Part shown: positions 8,543 to 19,130 of the stretch, piece after piece
How positions within the stretch are numbered: position 1 is the stretch's first letter
Layout of the letters: the number at the start of each line of letters is the position of its first letter
Virus record (IMG/VR): IMGVR_UViG_3300037454_000507
Location: 5,005-69,004 of that record
Source: a virus
Taxonomy: Duplodnaviria > Caudoviricetes
DNA: 64,000 bases
Direction: 5' to 3' (one strand)
Notes under the pieces: generated by a model
The model's database searches: none
The model's input: the letters and a program-made list of their open reading frames with translations, nothing else
Told to the model about the DNA's origin: nothing
Program-made: the position numbers and the translations under genes

Positions 8543-9424
8543 TTACCAGCCTTCGAACGGGTCATAATATTGTGGGTTTTCTACCTTGGTTTCGTTCGGT
8601 ACAAATTCTTCATGCGTTTTAACGTTGTCAGTAGGTTCGACAATGCTCGGATTCTTTTTCGGGAGTTCGCCTTCGTCTGTATCTTTCTTCGCGTCGGTAT
8701 TTGTCTGGAGCATATCTTTCTCAGGACCAACCGTACTTGTCGGAATATTCTTTTCGTCATTAGTGAGGTCCAGGTTGAAAGTTTCACCAAGTTCTTCGTA
8801 ATGACGGAGTTCTTCCATTTGATCAGGATTGACATTTTCCTCGTCGACGTTATCCGTATTATTGTGCCAGACACGGAGAATAAAGGTATATGTAGTAGGA
8901 ACGCTAAGGAAGCTGGTATTTTCAGCGAATTCCTTTACGTTTACGATTTCGTAGAATGTATCTGAATATTCGATATACACAATATCGCCGATTCTCGGTT
9001 CAATCGGTTCATAGATGTCTTGCAGGTCAGGATAACTGAGCTGGCTTGCATCATAAAAATGTTGGATTGTGCACTGACAGGTAATAAGTTCGGTATAAAT
9101 CATACCCTGCAGGTTATAGCTCTTCTGCATTTGCGGAATACTGTCAGTGTACATTTTTAGAATGAATCTGCGAACTACGTTAGGAATATTGTCTTCGCCG
9201 AAGAGAATATCTTTCTTCGTATTCATATCCCTGACATAATATTGTACTTCGAAACCGAAATTTGAGTATGCTTCAGAAGTAAGTTCAGAAATTAAAGCGG
9301 TTTCTGCCTTATAACAGTCATTGTTCTGGCCGTCGAAATATTTTGGCGCATTCCAGTCCTTTCCTTCAACAGAACAGCCTGCACCGGTAAATAATTTTGT
9401 AAATTCTGCAGCATAATTAGCCAT
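8543..9424 (-). CDS. gp14: Neck protein (gp14-like)
   Basis: ELTSEAYSNFGFEVQYY...DILFGED...PRIGDIVY...FYEIVNV. Confidence 0.75.
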   Translation of the reverse strand: MANYAAEFTKLFTGAGCSVEGKDWNAPKYFDGQNNDCYKAETALISELTSEAYSNFGFEVQYYVRDMNTKKDILFGEDNIPNVVRRFILKMYTDSIPQMQKSYNLQGMIYTELITCQCTIQHFYDASQLSYPDLQDIYEPIEPRIGDIVYIEYSDTFYEIVNVKEFAENTSFLSVPTTYTFILRVWHNNTDNVDEENVNPDQMEELRHYEELGETFNLDLTNDEKNIPTSTVGPEKDMLQTNTDAKKDTDEGELPKKNPSIVEPTDNVKTHEEFVPNETKVENPQYYDPFEGW

Positions 9425-9442
9425 AACTTATTTATAAATATT

Positions 9443-9470
9443 AAAAATCCTGGTCGAAACCAGGATTTTA
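9443..9470. terminator. Rho-independent terminator
   Basis: AAATCCTGG-tcgaaa-CCAGGATTT. Confidence 0.7.
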
Positions 9471-9473
9471 TTT

Positions 9474-9950
9474 TTAATATTTACCGATAAGCTGTAGGAT
9501 GTCTTCTTTAGCCTGTTGCGGCGATTCGTATTTTACGATTTGTCCGCCGGCTTCAGAGAAAGCATCACAGTTTTTTCTAAAATCATCAATTAATAACGCA
9601 GAAGGTTCGGCATAGTATGCTTTTTCCTTGCCAAGATTTACGATAATCATATGGTGCTTGTCTAATCCGATATTTTTCTTCAACCAGTTCATCCTGCCGA
9701 TTTTTCCGTCAGAATAATTAACAGAAGTGAGAATAAAGAGATCAAGATTTTCCTGCGAGCAAAGATTCTTTACCCATTCAAAAAAATCTTTTCCTTCCGG
9801 AAGCCATTCCATATTTTCCCAAAAGTCAGGCGAGTTCTGATGAATAATATCCCAGTCGACTTTATTACCGTCAATACAGTTATATTTTTCGCATTCGCCT
9901 CTAAAATTGGACAGAACACCGTCAACATCTAAGTATATCTTATCAATCAT
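9474..9950 (-). CDS. HAD-family 5'(3')-deoxyribonucleotidase
   Basis: IYLDVDGVL (DxDGV) motif, ILTS, GKEK, LLIDD. Confidence 0.85.
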   Translation of the reverse strand: MIDKIYLDVDGVLSNFRGECEKYNCIDGNKVDWDIIHQNSPDFWENMEWLPEGKDFFEWVKNLCSQENLDLFILTSVNYSDGKIGRMNWLKKNIGLDKHHMIIVNLGKEKAYYAEPSALLIDDFRKNCDAFSEAGGQIVKYESPQQAKEDILQLIGKY

Positions 9951-10026
9951 TATCTAAATCCTTTTAACCAAATAAAATATAGCAAATTTTAGAAAAAATT
10001 GTTATAAATTTTATTTTACGCTATAA

Positions 10027-10698
10027 TTATTTATAGATAAAGTCAGACATGATAAGTCCGCAAGGATGTTCTTTAGTTTTCGTAAGGAAGCATTCCTGGA
10101 TATACTTTTCCTGGTTTGCCATAATTTCGATATTGTTTTTTATTATGAGTTCTTTTCTAAGGAATTCGCATATGGCAAAAGCGTCTATAATATCAGATGT
10201 AGGAGAATTACCGGCTTTTCCGTTAGCTACAGCAGGCAGGTCAGAAAGGTCAGGTTTGACTCCTTGCCATTTATCGAAAGCATCTCGCATTCCGATTTTG
10301 TCAGCTGAACCGTAACCGGCAAAGAATTTCTTATTCTGGTTAGGAGTATAGAATTTTAGTTTACAGCCGTGTCTGAATAGGCTGAGTTTTATGTTTCCCT
10401 CGAACTCTGCCAAGCTGAAAATCATGCCTGAAGCGCCAGACATGGAGTAAGCATAGTCTTCGACTCCGACATAATCACAATCTTTACACCACCAGATTAT
10501 ATTGTCACAGAAAAATTGATAACGTTCGTAGTCATTCTTGAACTGGGTCGTTTTATAGTAAACGATATTATCGGCACTGTTTTTTAAAACTTTCGTAAAA
10601 CCGTGTCGTTCGACTTTTGTGACGTTAAAATTATTGTCAAGTTCTTCAATAATTACGCCCGAAGAACTGATAGAAAGGTCAAGTCCTGCAATCTTCAT
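10027..10698 (-). CDS. RuvC-like Holliday junction resolvase
   Basis: IAGLDLSISSSG, VGVEDY, AEFEG and DIIDAFAI give the catalytic D/E/D pattern. Confidence 0.8.
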   Translation of the reverse strand: MKIAGLDLSISSSGVIIEELDNNFNVTKVERHGFTKVLKNSADNIVYYKTTQFKNDYERYQFFCDNIIWWCKDCDYVGVEDYAYSMSGASGMIFSLAEFEGNIKLSLFRHGCKLKFYTPNQNKKFFAGYGSADKIGMRDAFDKWQGVKPDLSDLPAVANGKAGNSPTSDIIDAFAICEFLRKELIIKNNIEIMANQEKYIQECFLTKTKEHPCGLIMSDFIYK

Positions 10699-10711
10699 AA
10701 TAAATATTTAT

Positions 10712-12031
10712 ATGGCAAAAATTATAGACTATAATGAAGAATTCCAAAGTCAGGCTAATCGAACAGTAACATATAAAGAATATAAGTTTTCTGTAAACGA
10801 TAATAACGTAACGATTAAGCCGTCTGAAACAGATACCAGTTCAGATGAAAATACAGAAATTGATAAGATGATTTCTGTAGGCGGTTGGATAACTCCGTCG
10901 GAATATTATAGTAATGCATCGGTAAACAATGCTGGGCAGGTTACAGACGAAGGTTATTTGGCGTATGGCGGAACAATGCCATCACAGCTTAAATATTTTT
11001 GGGTAGAAGACCTTAAAAACTGGTGTATCTATTCGCTTGACGGATATGAAACTACGTATCTGAAACAGTTTCATTTGTGCGTATGGAATGGTAAGAATGG
11101 TTGGATTCCAGTAGATCAATTTAAGCTTAATCCGACTTGGGATTTATATAATATTGCAAATCTTCAAAATCCATTTTTTGATAAATTTGAAAATAATGAA
11201 AAGATAATACAGTGTAGAGGCTTAGTTCAGCGTATGGATGATACCAAATACGGTACTCACTTCTTTACTAAGCCGTTTAGATATGCCGGCAGCGAGGCAG
11301 AATATGACGGTATTAAACCATATTATGATATGCCAACCGATTATTCGCCTTTTGGTACATTTTTGCAAGTTATAGAGGCATTACGTTTGAAAAAGACAGT
11401 GAAGTATACTATTAATGATAGTAATAATTTTCAAACGATAGCATTTTCATCGCTTTATACGGATGTGACCTATAATGTAAAAGACCGTAAAGCTTATTAT
11501 CAAAGCAATTTTAGGACGCCGGTACCGATTGGCGCTCCGCCGGTTTGGCGTTTGCCGACAGGCGAAGTTGCATTATGCACCGTTTTGCAATATAATAATG
11601 ACGATGGTTTACCGTATAGTTTTAAAAAGCGTCATACTGATAAAGGCTATAGAAAGTATCTGGCGAGCCATATGTATATCGGCGATACCTATGGTTGGCA
11701 ATTTAATCTGGGAAAGGTTGAATATAAGCGTATATTGGATAGCGATGCTCTTAGGGGCGTTAACTGGTTGAATAGCATATGTCGTAAATTTTTCGGTGCA
11801 GGCGATAATAAAACGATAGAACGTGACTGGTTGCGTGAATATAACGTGGAACTGGACAAAACCGAATATATGGAATCTTCCAAACAGAAAATATCTATGC
11901 TTGATACGGAAAAGATATTTGAACAGCATGATATAAATAAAGAAAATTCGTTGAAATGTAGTTTTAGAATCAATCGTCCTGTAGTAACAACGACTGAAAG
12001 ACTCGAACCGGACTATGCAAAGAAGTGGTAA
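10712..12031 (+). CDS. Hypothetical, probably virion protein
   Basis: Long ORF. The start is better placed at ATG 10712 (MAKIIDY), after an AATAAATA element, than at 10619, which overlaps the resolvase. Confidence 0.6.
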   Translation: MAKIIDYNEEFQSQANRTVTYKEYKFSVNDNNVTIKPSETDTSSDENTEIDKMISVGGWITPSEYYSNASVNNAGQVTDEGYLAYGGTMPSQLKYFWVEDLKNWCIYSLDGYETTYLKQFHLCVWNGKNGWIPVDQFKLNPTWDLYNIANLQNPFFDKFENNEKIIQCRGLVQRMDDTKYGTHFFTKPFRYAGSEAEYDGIKPYYDMPTDYSPFGTFLQVIEALRLKKTVKYTINDSNNFQTIAFSSLYTDVTYNVKDRKAYYQSNFRTPVPIGAPPVWRLPTGEVALCTVLQYNNDDGLPYSFKKRHTDKGYRKYLASHMYIGDTYGWQFNLGKVEYKRILDSDALRGVNWLNSICRKFFGAGDNKTIERDWLREYNVELDKTEYMESSKQKISMLDTEKIFEQHDINKENSLKCSFRINRPVVTTTERLEPDYAKKW

Positions 12032-12035
12032 TTGA

Positions 12036-15000
12036 ATGGAATCTTTTGTTTTTAATAGCTTTAAAGAAAAGTTGATAAATGGTACAGCCAAGCTTAACGA
12101 TACTTGGCATCATTACCCGGTTAATAAAAAATTTACCGAAGCATATGAAGATAAAATACAGAGTTTTAGGACTTCTGGTGATTTTATAATGTATGACATG
12201 GCCAATAATCCAGAAAATGCGAAAAGTTACTGGAAACATATGGACCATTATCAAGGAAGGGACGAACGATTTTTTAATTCGTGGTATGATTTTTACGGAA
12301 CGAAGATAAAGACAATCGATTATACTTATATGCCGATGGTCGATGTCGATACGCCGATGCATCCTGAATTTGTAACTGAAGATAAATGGGATTTTTTCAG
12401 CGATGCTGATAAATGTAAGTATCTATACGAATTGTTTTTCTATGAGGATGACGTTAAAGAAACTCCAGGCGTATTTTTCCGTGAGTCTGGTTTTTATGAC
12501 GAGGCTGGAAAACCGATACCGAGAGGTTTTTATTATGTAAAGACCAAAGAAGAATTATTGTGGTGCTCTCAAAAAGTCAATAATTCAATTTACGATAATA
12601 CGATAAATATCGTTCTCGGAGATAATATCGGCGGTTTTGTCAGTGTCGATAAAAATAATGAAGAAGAAAATAACTATACAAAGATTAATTTTACTATCGG
12701 TTCAAATCCGGCGCAGCCGTTTGAAGGTATCTTTTTTGGTAACGGCTTCGGTTTTAAATATGTAGAATTGATTTGTAATAACACGGCAAACGGTATTGTT
12801 GGTTATCTCGGTAATAATGGCCTAATTAGCCATGTATGGGTAGATAATTGTAAAATTATTTGCAATAAGTCATTGTCTTTGACTCATTTAACTACTGACG
12901 GTACTGATATTGTCGCTGGATTTATTTGCGGTAATAACTACGGTAAAATTCAAAATATCAATATTACGAATACTGTTTCGATTGCCGGTTTTATTCCGAA
13001 AATGTATAGCATAAAAAATAAGACTGACGATACAGAAGATAAAGCTAATGTGTCACCAGATACTAACGTTTTTTATCCGGATTATCTGTGCTATAATTCG
13101 CTTGGAAATATTATTCCGTATATTGGATATTTTAACGAAGGCGTTTTTGCGACTTATTCTGGATATTGTAATTATAACGATAGAGTACATTTCTATACAT
13201 ATTGGAACACTGCATTATGGGATACGGGTTATGATATTAAACAGCCGCAACGTACAAAAACCCCATCTCCTGCAGAATGGTATTACTGGAACGGATTATA
13301 TGATAACAATTTAGGTGGTTATTTGTTTTCATTTACTCCGCCGATTCATAAAAAGAATATTTTATGGTATGATGCATCGATAGTCGAAACCGTTTATAAT
13401 ACAGTTGATCCTGAAGCGAATTCAATCGGAATAAAAGACGGTAAAGCGTATGGTTTATTGTACTATACTCCGAAGACTAGTGGAGATTTTTATCAGTCAT
13501 TTATCGATGTAGATAAAGCAAGATATTTCAACCGTTCAATTAAGATGAACCAGCAAAATAGAGCCGCATATTATGTGTCTCCGTGTGTTGGTATGAATGC
13601 TGGAATATTGAAAGACGTATATATTTCTGCAAATATGGAATTCAGCGGTACGTTTGTCGGTTTTGCTGGCGGTATTGCCGGTAAGCAGTCAAAGGGTATA
13701 ATCAATGATTGTTCCGTTACTGTTTCTGCATCTGATTATATTACGACAGATAAAGACAATAAGCCTGTAATACCAAGAAATGAATTGATAACTTACGACT
13801 ATGCGCCTGATAGTCCGAATGCAGTGATGAATTACCAATTTAAAAAGAAGAGTATTCTTAATATTGGCGGATTGTTTGGTTCTTTGGTTGTCGGTAATTC
13901 TAGATCTTTGGCGTTAAACGCAGTTTCTGGTAGTTTTGATAATAGGATTAACATTATTGGCGATAATACTGGAATTATTCACAATGACTATTATTTCGCT
14001 AATAGGTTTGGCGGTATTGCAGCAGTTGTCGAATATAATTCTTGTAATATCAGTGATATTTGGTACTGGAATAGTAAAATCGCGGAGAAGTTTAGTGATC
14101 CTTCGGAATATGCGCCGTTACTTGATATTAATGGTATATATGCAAATAATGACGTTAACGGTGAGAGTCATGAAAACCGAAGCATATCAATTACTGACTG
14201 TGTTTTTAATTACACAGAAGAAATTGATACTGCGTTGTTAAACGGCGGTTATAGTGTATCTCGTGTTATTGACCTTCATAAGAATTCAGCAACACAGCTT
14301 TATTCGAATTTTTATGATTTTGGCGTTTCTAGCCCGATGTTTGCCGAAGTGAAACCAGTTTATCTGTCTGTGCCTTCGATTATAGCAAGCCCGTTCCATA
14401 ATACTGAAGTTGATTTAGAAAACGAAGATAATTATGTAACCGGATTAGACGGTGTAAAGAGACATAGTAGCTGGGATAGGCTTGGTTTGTTCATGATGGA
14501 CCAAATGCTTGCCGCGCCATTATCTGATCCTGATTATTGGTCGGTAAATATGGAATTAGACTTGCCTGGTGTAAGTAATGGTTTGGGACTTTTTGATGTA
14601 ACACAGAATAAAGGCTGGAAATACTCAGGTTATGCCGGCGGTGTTATTGATTTGATAAATGCACGAGAAGGAACCAATTTTACCATGGACACGGCAAAAA
14701 TTCCTGGAAAAATAATAAACTGGAAAAATACCGTGATGTATAACAATACTCATGGTGATTATGTATGGTCAAGTATTACGTTGCCGGCAGCAGCAAGTAT
14801 ATATGGTGTTCGAACTGAGGACAAACCTTCAGCAGGTAGATATGATACCGACTTCAGAAAAGACTTTAGACCTCATTTACAAGGATATTCAGAAGAGAAG
14901 AATACTCAAGTAATACCTGATGAAGAAAATTCATATTATTACATTTATGAAAGAAATGCTTCACTTGGTAATAGTGTCGGTAATGGTAGAGAACCTATGG

Positions 15001-16763
15001 ATTATATTGCAGCACAATGGAGCGAAGCGAAATATAGTGCACCGGATATAGATACATCAACGGCAGCTTCAGCAGATTCAACGTATGCTGTAGGATATAC
15101 AAAGTCTGGATATAGGGATTTTAAGAACTTTATTTATAATGGCAATAAAATTGATTTGTTATATCCGTATTTTGGTTCAGATCTTATCATCGAGCCGAAT
15201 GAAATTACCAATGATGAAACATTTGAGCGAGATACTATAGATTTGACGAAATTAGATTTTGACTATATTGAAATCGTTTATGAAAATGCACCACATTATC
15301 TGGAAAGACAATTAGGTGGAGACCGTGATGGCGGAAATGCAGCAAGACCTGGAGTTTATAGCGTTAAATTCCAAATCAGAAAAGATGCATTTAGTAAAGC
15401 ACCGTTTACAACTATTCCTACGAATATTGGTGAAATTGATGAAAACTATATAGTAACCGTGAAATCAGACGCACGATTTAGCACTGACGATGGCGATATT
15501 GGTCCTAATAACTATGTTAATACTAGAATATGGCGTAGAACGTATGATAATAATGAAGGTACTTATGGTAATGGTATTTCTGAACTTTCTGCATTTTACG
15601 ATAATCAGGATGTTGATCAAAGACCGTTCAGAAAGTGGCGTGATAGTAAAGCATTTGGTGCAGGTTACGGTTGGTATTTTTACAGCGATGATGATGAAGG
15701 TCGCTCGAAAGATGAATTTGCAAACGCGGTTATTTTGTTCGATTTTTCTCCGTATAATAGAAATAGAAAAGATGGAATATCTCCGCCGAATTTTCCGTTC
15801 TGTTTAGGATATGTTTGTGGACAAAAAACTCATAGAGATGGCGGTGCAAGTTATGATGATGATTCGCATGACTGGTATGACGATAATCTCGACCCGGCAC
15901 CTTTGACTAATTGTGTATCTATAAAATATTTCAAACATAATACAGAAACCGGTGATGATGACGATGTAACGGAAAATATAAAACGTGTAATAGAAAATGA
16001 CAGAACAACAGGTACATATAATATTGTACCGAAGCCGTTTTATGCATTGAATAAAGTGGGTAAATTCCATAATGATTTGATAAATTGCAGTATTAACATG
16101 ACCGATGAAATGCGACAAAACGATGTTACGTTTAAGTATGAATTACTGGATATTGGACATGATAAAGACGCATGGTATAATACTTCTGTTGTCGCTGCAA
16201 ATAAATATTTCAAGAAAATTGTCGACGAAGCGATGGAAGAAATACCAGATGAAGAAAATTATGCGACTTACTTCAAGTATACGTATACGAAACATATTTT
16301 GTCTAAAGCTGAAGAAAATCCGATTTCTGGCGGTGTATGGAATTGTGGATTTGATTATCAGAATAATAAGGCAGGTTTCTGGTTTAGGAATGAAGATGCA
16401 AAATATCAGAATGTAGAATATAACGACAATTTCCGTTATAGTGAAAACCTGCTTACGTTTGGTAAAACTTTAAACGAACAATGTATTCTTGCTAAGCTTG
16501 AAAGCGATAAGGAATATCAGAAAAACGGTATAACATTATCAAGTATATCTGCTGATGATTTTGAAGGTTTATATATAACAGATAGTAATAATGAGCCGGT
16601 TATGTATATAGATGTCGGAATGGGTGAATGTACTGATGGTACGTCTTGGACATATAAGTGCTACCCGAGTGTTCCTGAATCTGAATTTGAAAAGTATACG
16701 GAAAATGATGGATTTTTACCGCCATTGTCTGGCTTGCTGTTAGAGGTAAATACTGATGTCTAG
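12036..16763 (+). CDS. 1575-aa putative tail fibre / receptor-binding protein
   Basis: Asn/Tyr/Asp-rich, with GLUG-like GGIAG, IGGLFG and FGGIAA motifs and an N-terminal FVFNSFKEKLING motif. Confidence 0.5.
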   Translation: MESFVFNSFKEKLINGTAKLNDTWHHYPVNKKFTEAYEDKIQSFRTSGDFIMYDMANNPENAKSYWKHMDHYQGRDERFFNSWYDFYGTKIKTIDYTYMPMVDVDTPMHPEFVTEDKWDFFSDADKCKYLYELFFYEDDVKETPGVFFRESGFYDEAGKPIPRGFYYVKTKEELLWCSQKVNNSIYDNTINIVLGDNIGGFVSVDKNNEEENNYTKINFTIGSNPAQPFEGIFFGNGFGFKYVELICNNTANGIVGYLGNNGLISHVWVDNCKIICNKSLSLTHLTTDGTDIVAGFICGNNYGKIQNINITNTVSIAGFIPKMYSIKNKTDDTEDKANVSPDTNVFYPDYLCYNSLGNIIPYIGYFNEGVFATYSGYCNYNDRVHFYTYWNTALWDTGYDIKQPQRTKTPSPAEWYYWNGLYDNNLGGYLFSFTPPIHKKNILWYDASIVETVYNTVDPEANSIGIKDGKAYGLLYYTPKTSGDFYQSFIDVDKARYFNRSIKMNQQNRAAYYVSPCVGMNAGILKDVYISANMEFSGTFVGFAGGIAGKQSKGIINDCSVTVSASDYITTDKDNKPVIPRNELITYDYAPDSPNAVMNYQFKKKSILNIGGLFGSLVVGNSRSLALNAVSGSFDNRINIIGDNTGIIHNDYYFANRFGGIAAVVEYNSCNISDIWYWNSKIAEKFSDPSEYAPLLDINGIYANNDVNGESHENRSISITDCVFNYTEEIDTALLNGGYSVSRVIDLHKNSATQLYSNFYDFGVSSPMFAEVKPVYLSVPSIIASPFHNTEVDLENEDNYVTGLDGVKRHSSWDRLGLFMMDQMLAAPLSDPDYWSVNMELDLPGVSNGLGLFDVTQNKGWKYSGYAGGVIDLINAREGTNFTMDTAKIPGKIINWKNTVMYNNTHGDYVWSSITLPAAASIYGVRTEDKPSAGRYDTDFRKDFRPHLQGYSEEKNTQVIPDEENSYYYIYERNASLGNSVGNGREPMDYIAAQWSEAKYSAPDIDTSTAASADSTYAVGYTKSGYRDFKNFIYNGNKIDLLYPYFGSDLIIEPNEITNDETFERDTIDLTKLDFDYIEIVYENAPHYLERQLGGDRDGGNAARPGVYSVKFQIRKDAFSKAPFTTIPTNIGEIDENYIVTVKSDARFSTDDGDIGPNNYVNTRIWRRTYDNNEGTYGNGISELSAFYDNQDVDQRPFRKWRDSKAFGAGYGWYFYSDDDEGRSKDEFANAVILFDFSPYNRNRKDGISPPNFPFCLGYVCGQKTHRDGGASYDDDSHDWYDDNLDPAPLTNCVSIKYFKHNTETGDDDDVTENIKRVIENDRTTGTYNIVPKPFYALNKVGKFHNDLINCSINMTDEMRQNDVTFKYELLDIGHDKDAWYNTSVVAANKYFKKIVDEAMEEIPDEENYATYFKYTYTKHILSKAEENPISGGVWNCGFDYQNNKAGFWFRNEDAKYQNVEYNDNFRYSENLLTFGKTLNEQCILAKLESDKEYQKNGITLSSISADDFEGLYITDSNNEPVMYIDVGMGECTDGTSWTYKCYPSVPESEFEKYTENDGFLPPLSGLLLEVNTDV

Positions 16764-17676
16764 TTGTGTATTTAATTCATATCTGAAACTTGTCAATGAC
16801 AGGGTAATGAAAGAGAATAAACCGTTTTATGAACCGGGTTATTTTGATGTTTGGCTTTGTCCTGGCGGTATGTCATTTTCTGGAATTAATGACATTAATG
16901 CGAATATGTATACATATTCCAAAAATAATGTATTTATTCCGGAATCGATGACGCATCTTGGCATATTGGGAAAAATAGATGTTGAGTGTAATGGCGACGA
17001 CGGAATGAATATGGAAAATACTTATGAAGAAATATTCGATTTACCGTTGTCCGCTTATCTGTTTTCAGAACATGATTGCCCTCAAGGTATAACTTTTACT
17101 ACAGATACTTGTTATACAGCATATGACTATGAAGTTTATGACAGAAGGTTACATCAGTCGGCTGAAGGCATTAGATATATATCAGAATATAATAATTATG
17201 GCAAGGCTACGTCAATTAGCCCGCCGTATTGGGATAGCAGGTCTCGTTATTTCCAGACTGAATACAATTTCAGTAATAATTATGAACAGAATGAATACAA
17301 GATTTATGACGGCCCGCAGGATTATCTGGTCGGTAATAACGTAATGCCAAAGACGAACAATGTTTCATTAAATAGCGATGTTCATAATTCACAAGGCGGA
17401 GCATTGTTGATTACTTGGTATTCAGGCGCTCGTATAGCAAATATTTCAGCCGATTATGTCAATAGGATAAAACTATGTAGGACTAAGGCAGAAACATTGG
17501 CATGGAGTGCTTGTTCTGGTACATATATGCTGACTTCTGCTAGGCCGGTCGATGCGTTTACTGAAGGAAAGGCCGCAGTTCCGTGTATCTATTATGAACT
17601 GCCGCTGAATTACAAGCTTAAGAACGCCATTGTCAATATACAGTGGTCGGAAAACGGGTTATATATATTCAAATAA
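16756..17676 (+). CDS. Hypothetical virion protein
   Basis: Overlaps the upstream stop. Its N-terminus CVFNSYLKLV resembles that of the upstream gene. Confidence 0.55.
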   Translation: MSSCVFNSYLKLVNDRVMKENKPFYEPGYFDVWLCPGGMSFSGINDINANMYTYSKNNVFIPESMTHLGILGKIDVECNGDDGMNMENTYEEIFDLPLSAYLFSEHDCPQGITFTTDTCYTAYDYEVYDRRLHQSAEGIRYISEYNNYGKATSISPPYWDSRSRYFQTEYNFSNNYEQNEYKIYDGPQDYLVGNNVMPKTNNVSLNSDVHNSQGGALLITWYSGARIANISADYVNRIKLCRTKAETLAWSACSGTYMLTSARPVDAFTEGKAAVPCIYYELPLNYKLKNAIVNIQWSENGLYIFK

Positions 17677-17677
17677 T

Positions 17678-18217
17678 ATGTCGATTTATTCTAAAAATTA
17701 CGTAAAGGGATATTTTATACCTAAACATCCGGAAAAATGTTTGAATATTCATCCGGAAAATTCGAAATATGTCGTCGGACGTAATGCGAAAGTTTCGAAT
17801 TGTACTTATCGTAGTTCTTGGGAATTGAAATTCATGAAATTTTGCGATAAGTATGACTCGATTCTTGAATGGGGATCTGAAATACTTGAAGTCCCATATA
17901 TCAACGAGGTTGACGGAAAACAACATACTTATGTTACCGATTTCTTTTTTGTCTGCCGCGATAAATTTGGGCAAATAAATAAGTATATTTTAGAAGTAAA
18001 GCCTAAGTGTCAGATTGCAGTTCTGAATGAAAATAACCAGATAATATATCCTGACCCGCCGAAGAAAAAGTCGCAAAAGGCTATACGGAATTGGCAGGAA
18101 CGTTGTAATGTCTTGCGAATAAATAATTCAAAATGGACATACGCACGTAAATGGTGCAAAGATAACGGATATATTTTTAAGGTTCTTTCTGAAGAAGAAA
18201 TCGGAATAAAATATTAA
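17678..18217 (+). CDS. gp4: Head completion nuclease (gp4-like, TnsA-like)
   Basis: KGYFIPKHPEK...YRSSWELKFMKFCD...WGSE...PY...DFF...EVKPK...NNSKWTYARKWC. Start placed at the ATG just after the upstream stop. Confidence 0.85.
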   Translation: MSIYSKNYVKGYFIPKHPEKCLNIHPENSKYVVGRNAKVSNCTYRSSWELKFMKFCDKYDSILEWGSEILEVPYINEVDGKQHTYVTDFFFVCRDKFGQINKYILEVKPKCQIAVLNENNQIIYPDPPKKKSQKAIRNWQERCNVLRINNSKWTYARKWCKDNGYIFKVLSEEEIGIKY

Positions 18218-18261
18218 TCTAAACACATTAAAAATTTTTTTACTATATTTTATATCAGCAT

Positions 18262-18807
18262 ATGGACGCATTTCAGAGTTTAAAAGAAGAATTTAATATA
18301 GAAGAAGCTGAAAACGAAGTAAAGAATGCTTTGGTTAAGGCTGATGAAAAGATTGCCGAAGTTAGAGAAGGCATTAAGTCACAAAAATATAATCTTGAAG
18401 ATAAAGAATATATTATAACTGAATTACAGGACTTGATTGCATCTGACCGTGAAGTTATGTCGACATTAAAGGATATGATTACACAAGGTGCAGGTAATCC
18501 TGCTATGTATGCTGTTTATGCTACGCTTTCAAAATCTGTTCGTGAAAACGTAGCTAAGCTCAGCGATGTAGAAAAAGAGATTACAGACTATCAGGTTATC
18601 GAATCTAACGAAGAATATCGAGAAAAAGTTCTTGCATCTAAGGAACGAATGGCAGAACGTAAGGCTGTTACGAATTCTGGCAGTACACCAGGTCAGCTTA
18701 CGCAGAATAATACTTATATATTTACCCCTGCTGAACAGTTTGAAATTATGAAAAATGCCAATGTTAAACCTGTTGAAGTCGAACAGCCTAAATTTGATTT
18801 GTCGTAA
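18262..18807 (+). CDS. gp16: Small terminase subunit (gp16-like)
   Basis: Helical protein with PAMYAVYATLSKSV...L and a C-terminal TQNNTYIF, resembling gp16 PRayEV...NNaiF. Confidence 0.6.
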   Translation: MDAFQSLKEEFNIEEAENEVKNALVKADEKIAEVREGIKSQKYNLEDKEYIITELQDLIASDREVMSTLKDMITQGAGNPAMYAVYATLSKSVRENVAKLSDVEKEITDYQVIESNEEYREKVLASKERMAERKAVTNSGSTPGQLTQNNTYIFTPAEQFEIMKNANVKPVEVEQPKFDLS

Positions 18808-18818
18808 GGATTGTAAAA

Positions 18819-19127
18819 GTGTTATTTTCAATATATTATAAGATTGAGCATAGGGAAGAATTTTTAGAAAAACAGCTCATTAAGGCATATAGGACTTGCG
18901 ATATTGACGACCGCGAGATTATGGCCGAACGTATGACTGATTTAATGGAATTGATAGTAAATATGCTCTTAAATGAAGATAAACAGGGACTTTATATGCT
19001 TTTAACGTCAAAAAATTCAAAAAGTACCCGTGTTTTCTTTAATTATTTAACATGCTCAAATCTTCGTAGTATAAATAAAGAGATAGTTAAGAATCGTCTT
19101 AACGAAATATTTAAGGCAAATAAATAA
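18819..19127 (+). CDS. Hypothetical protein
   Basis: 102-aa ORF filling the gap in the operon; GTG start. Confidence 0.5.
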   Translation: MLFSIYYKIEHREEFLEKQLIKAYRTCDIDDREIMAERMTDLMELIVNMLLNEDKQGLYMLLTSKNSKSTRVFFNYLTCSNLRSINKEIVKNRLNEIFKANK

Positions 19128-19130
19128 GAT

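Noticed and set aside
10619-10711. ORF-track start at 10619 for the 470-aa ORF
   Set aside because: It overlaps the divergent resolvase; ATG 10712 behind the promoter fits better. Starts at 17630, 58250 and 61075 were shifted for similar reasons.
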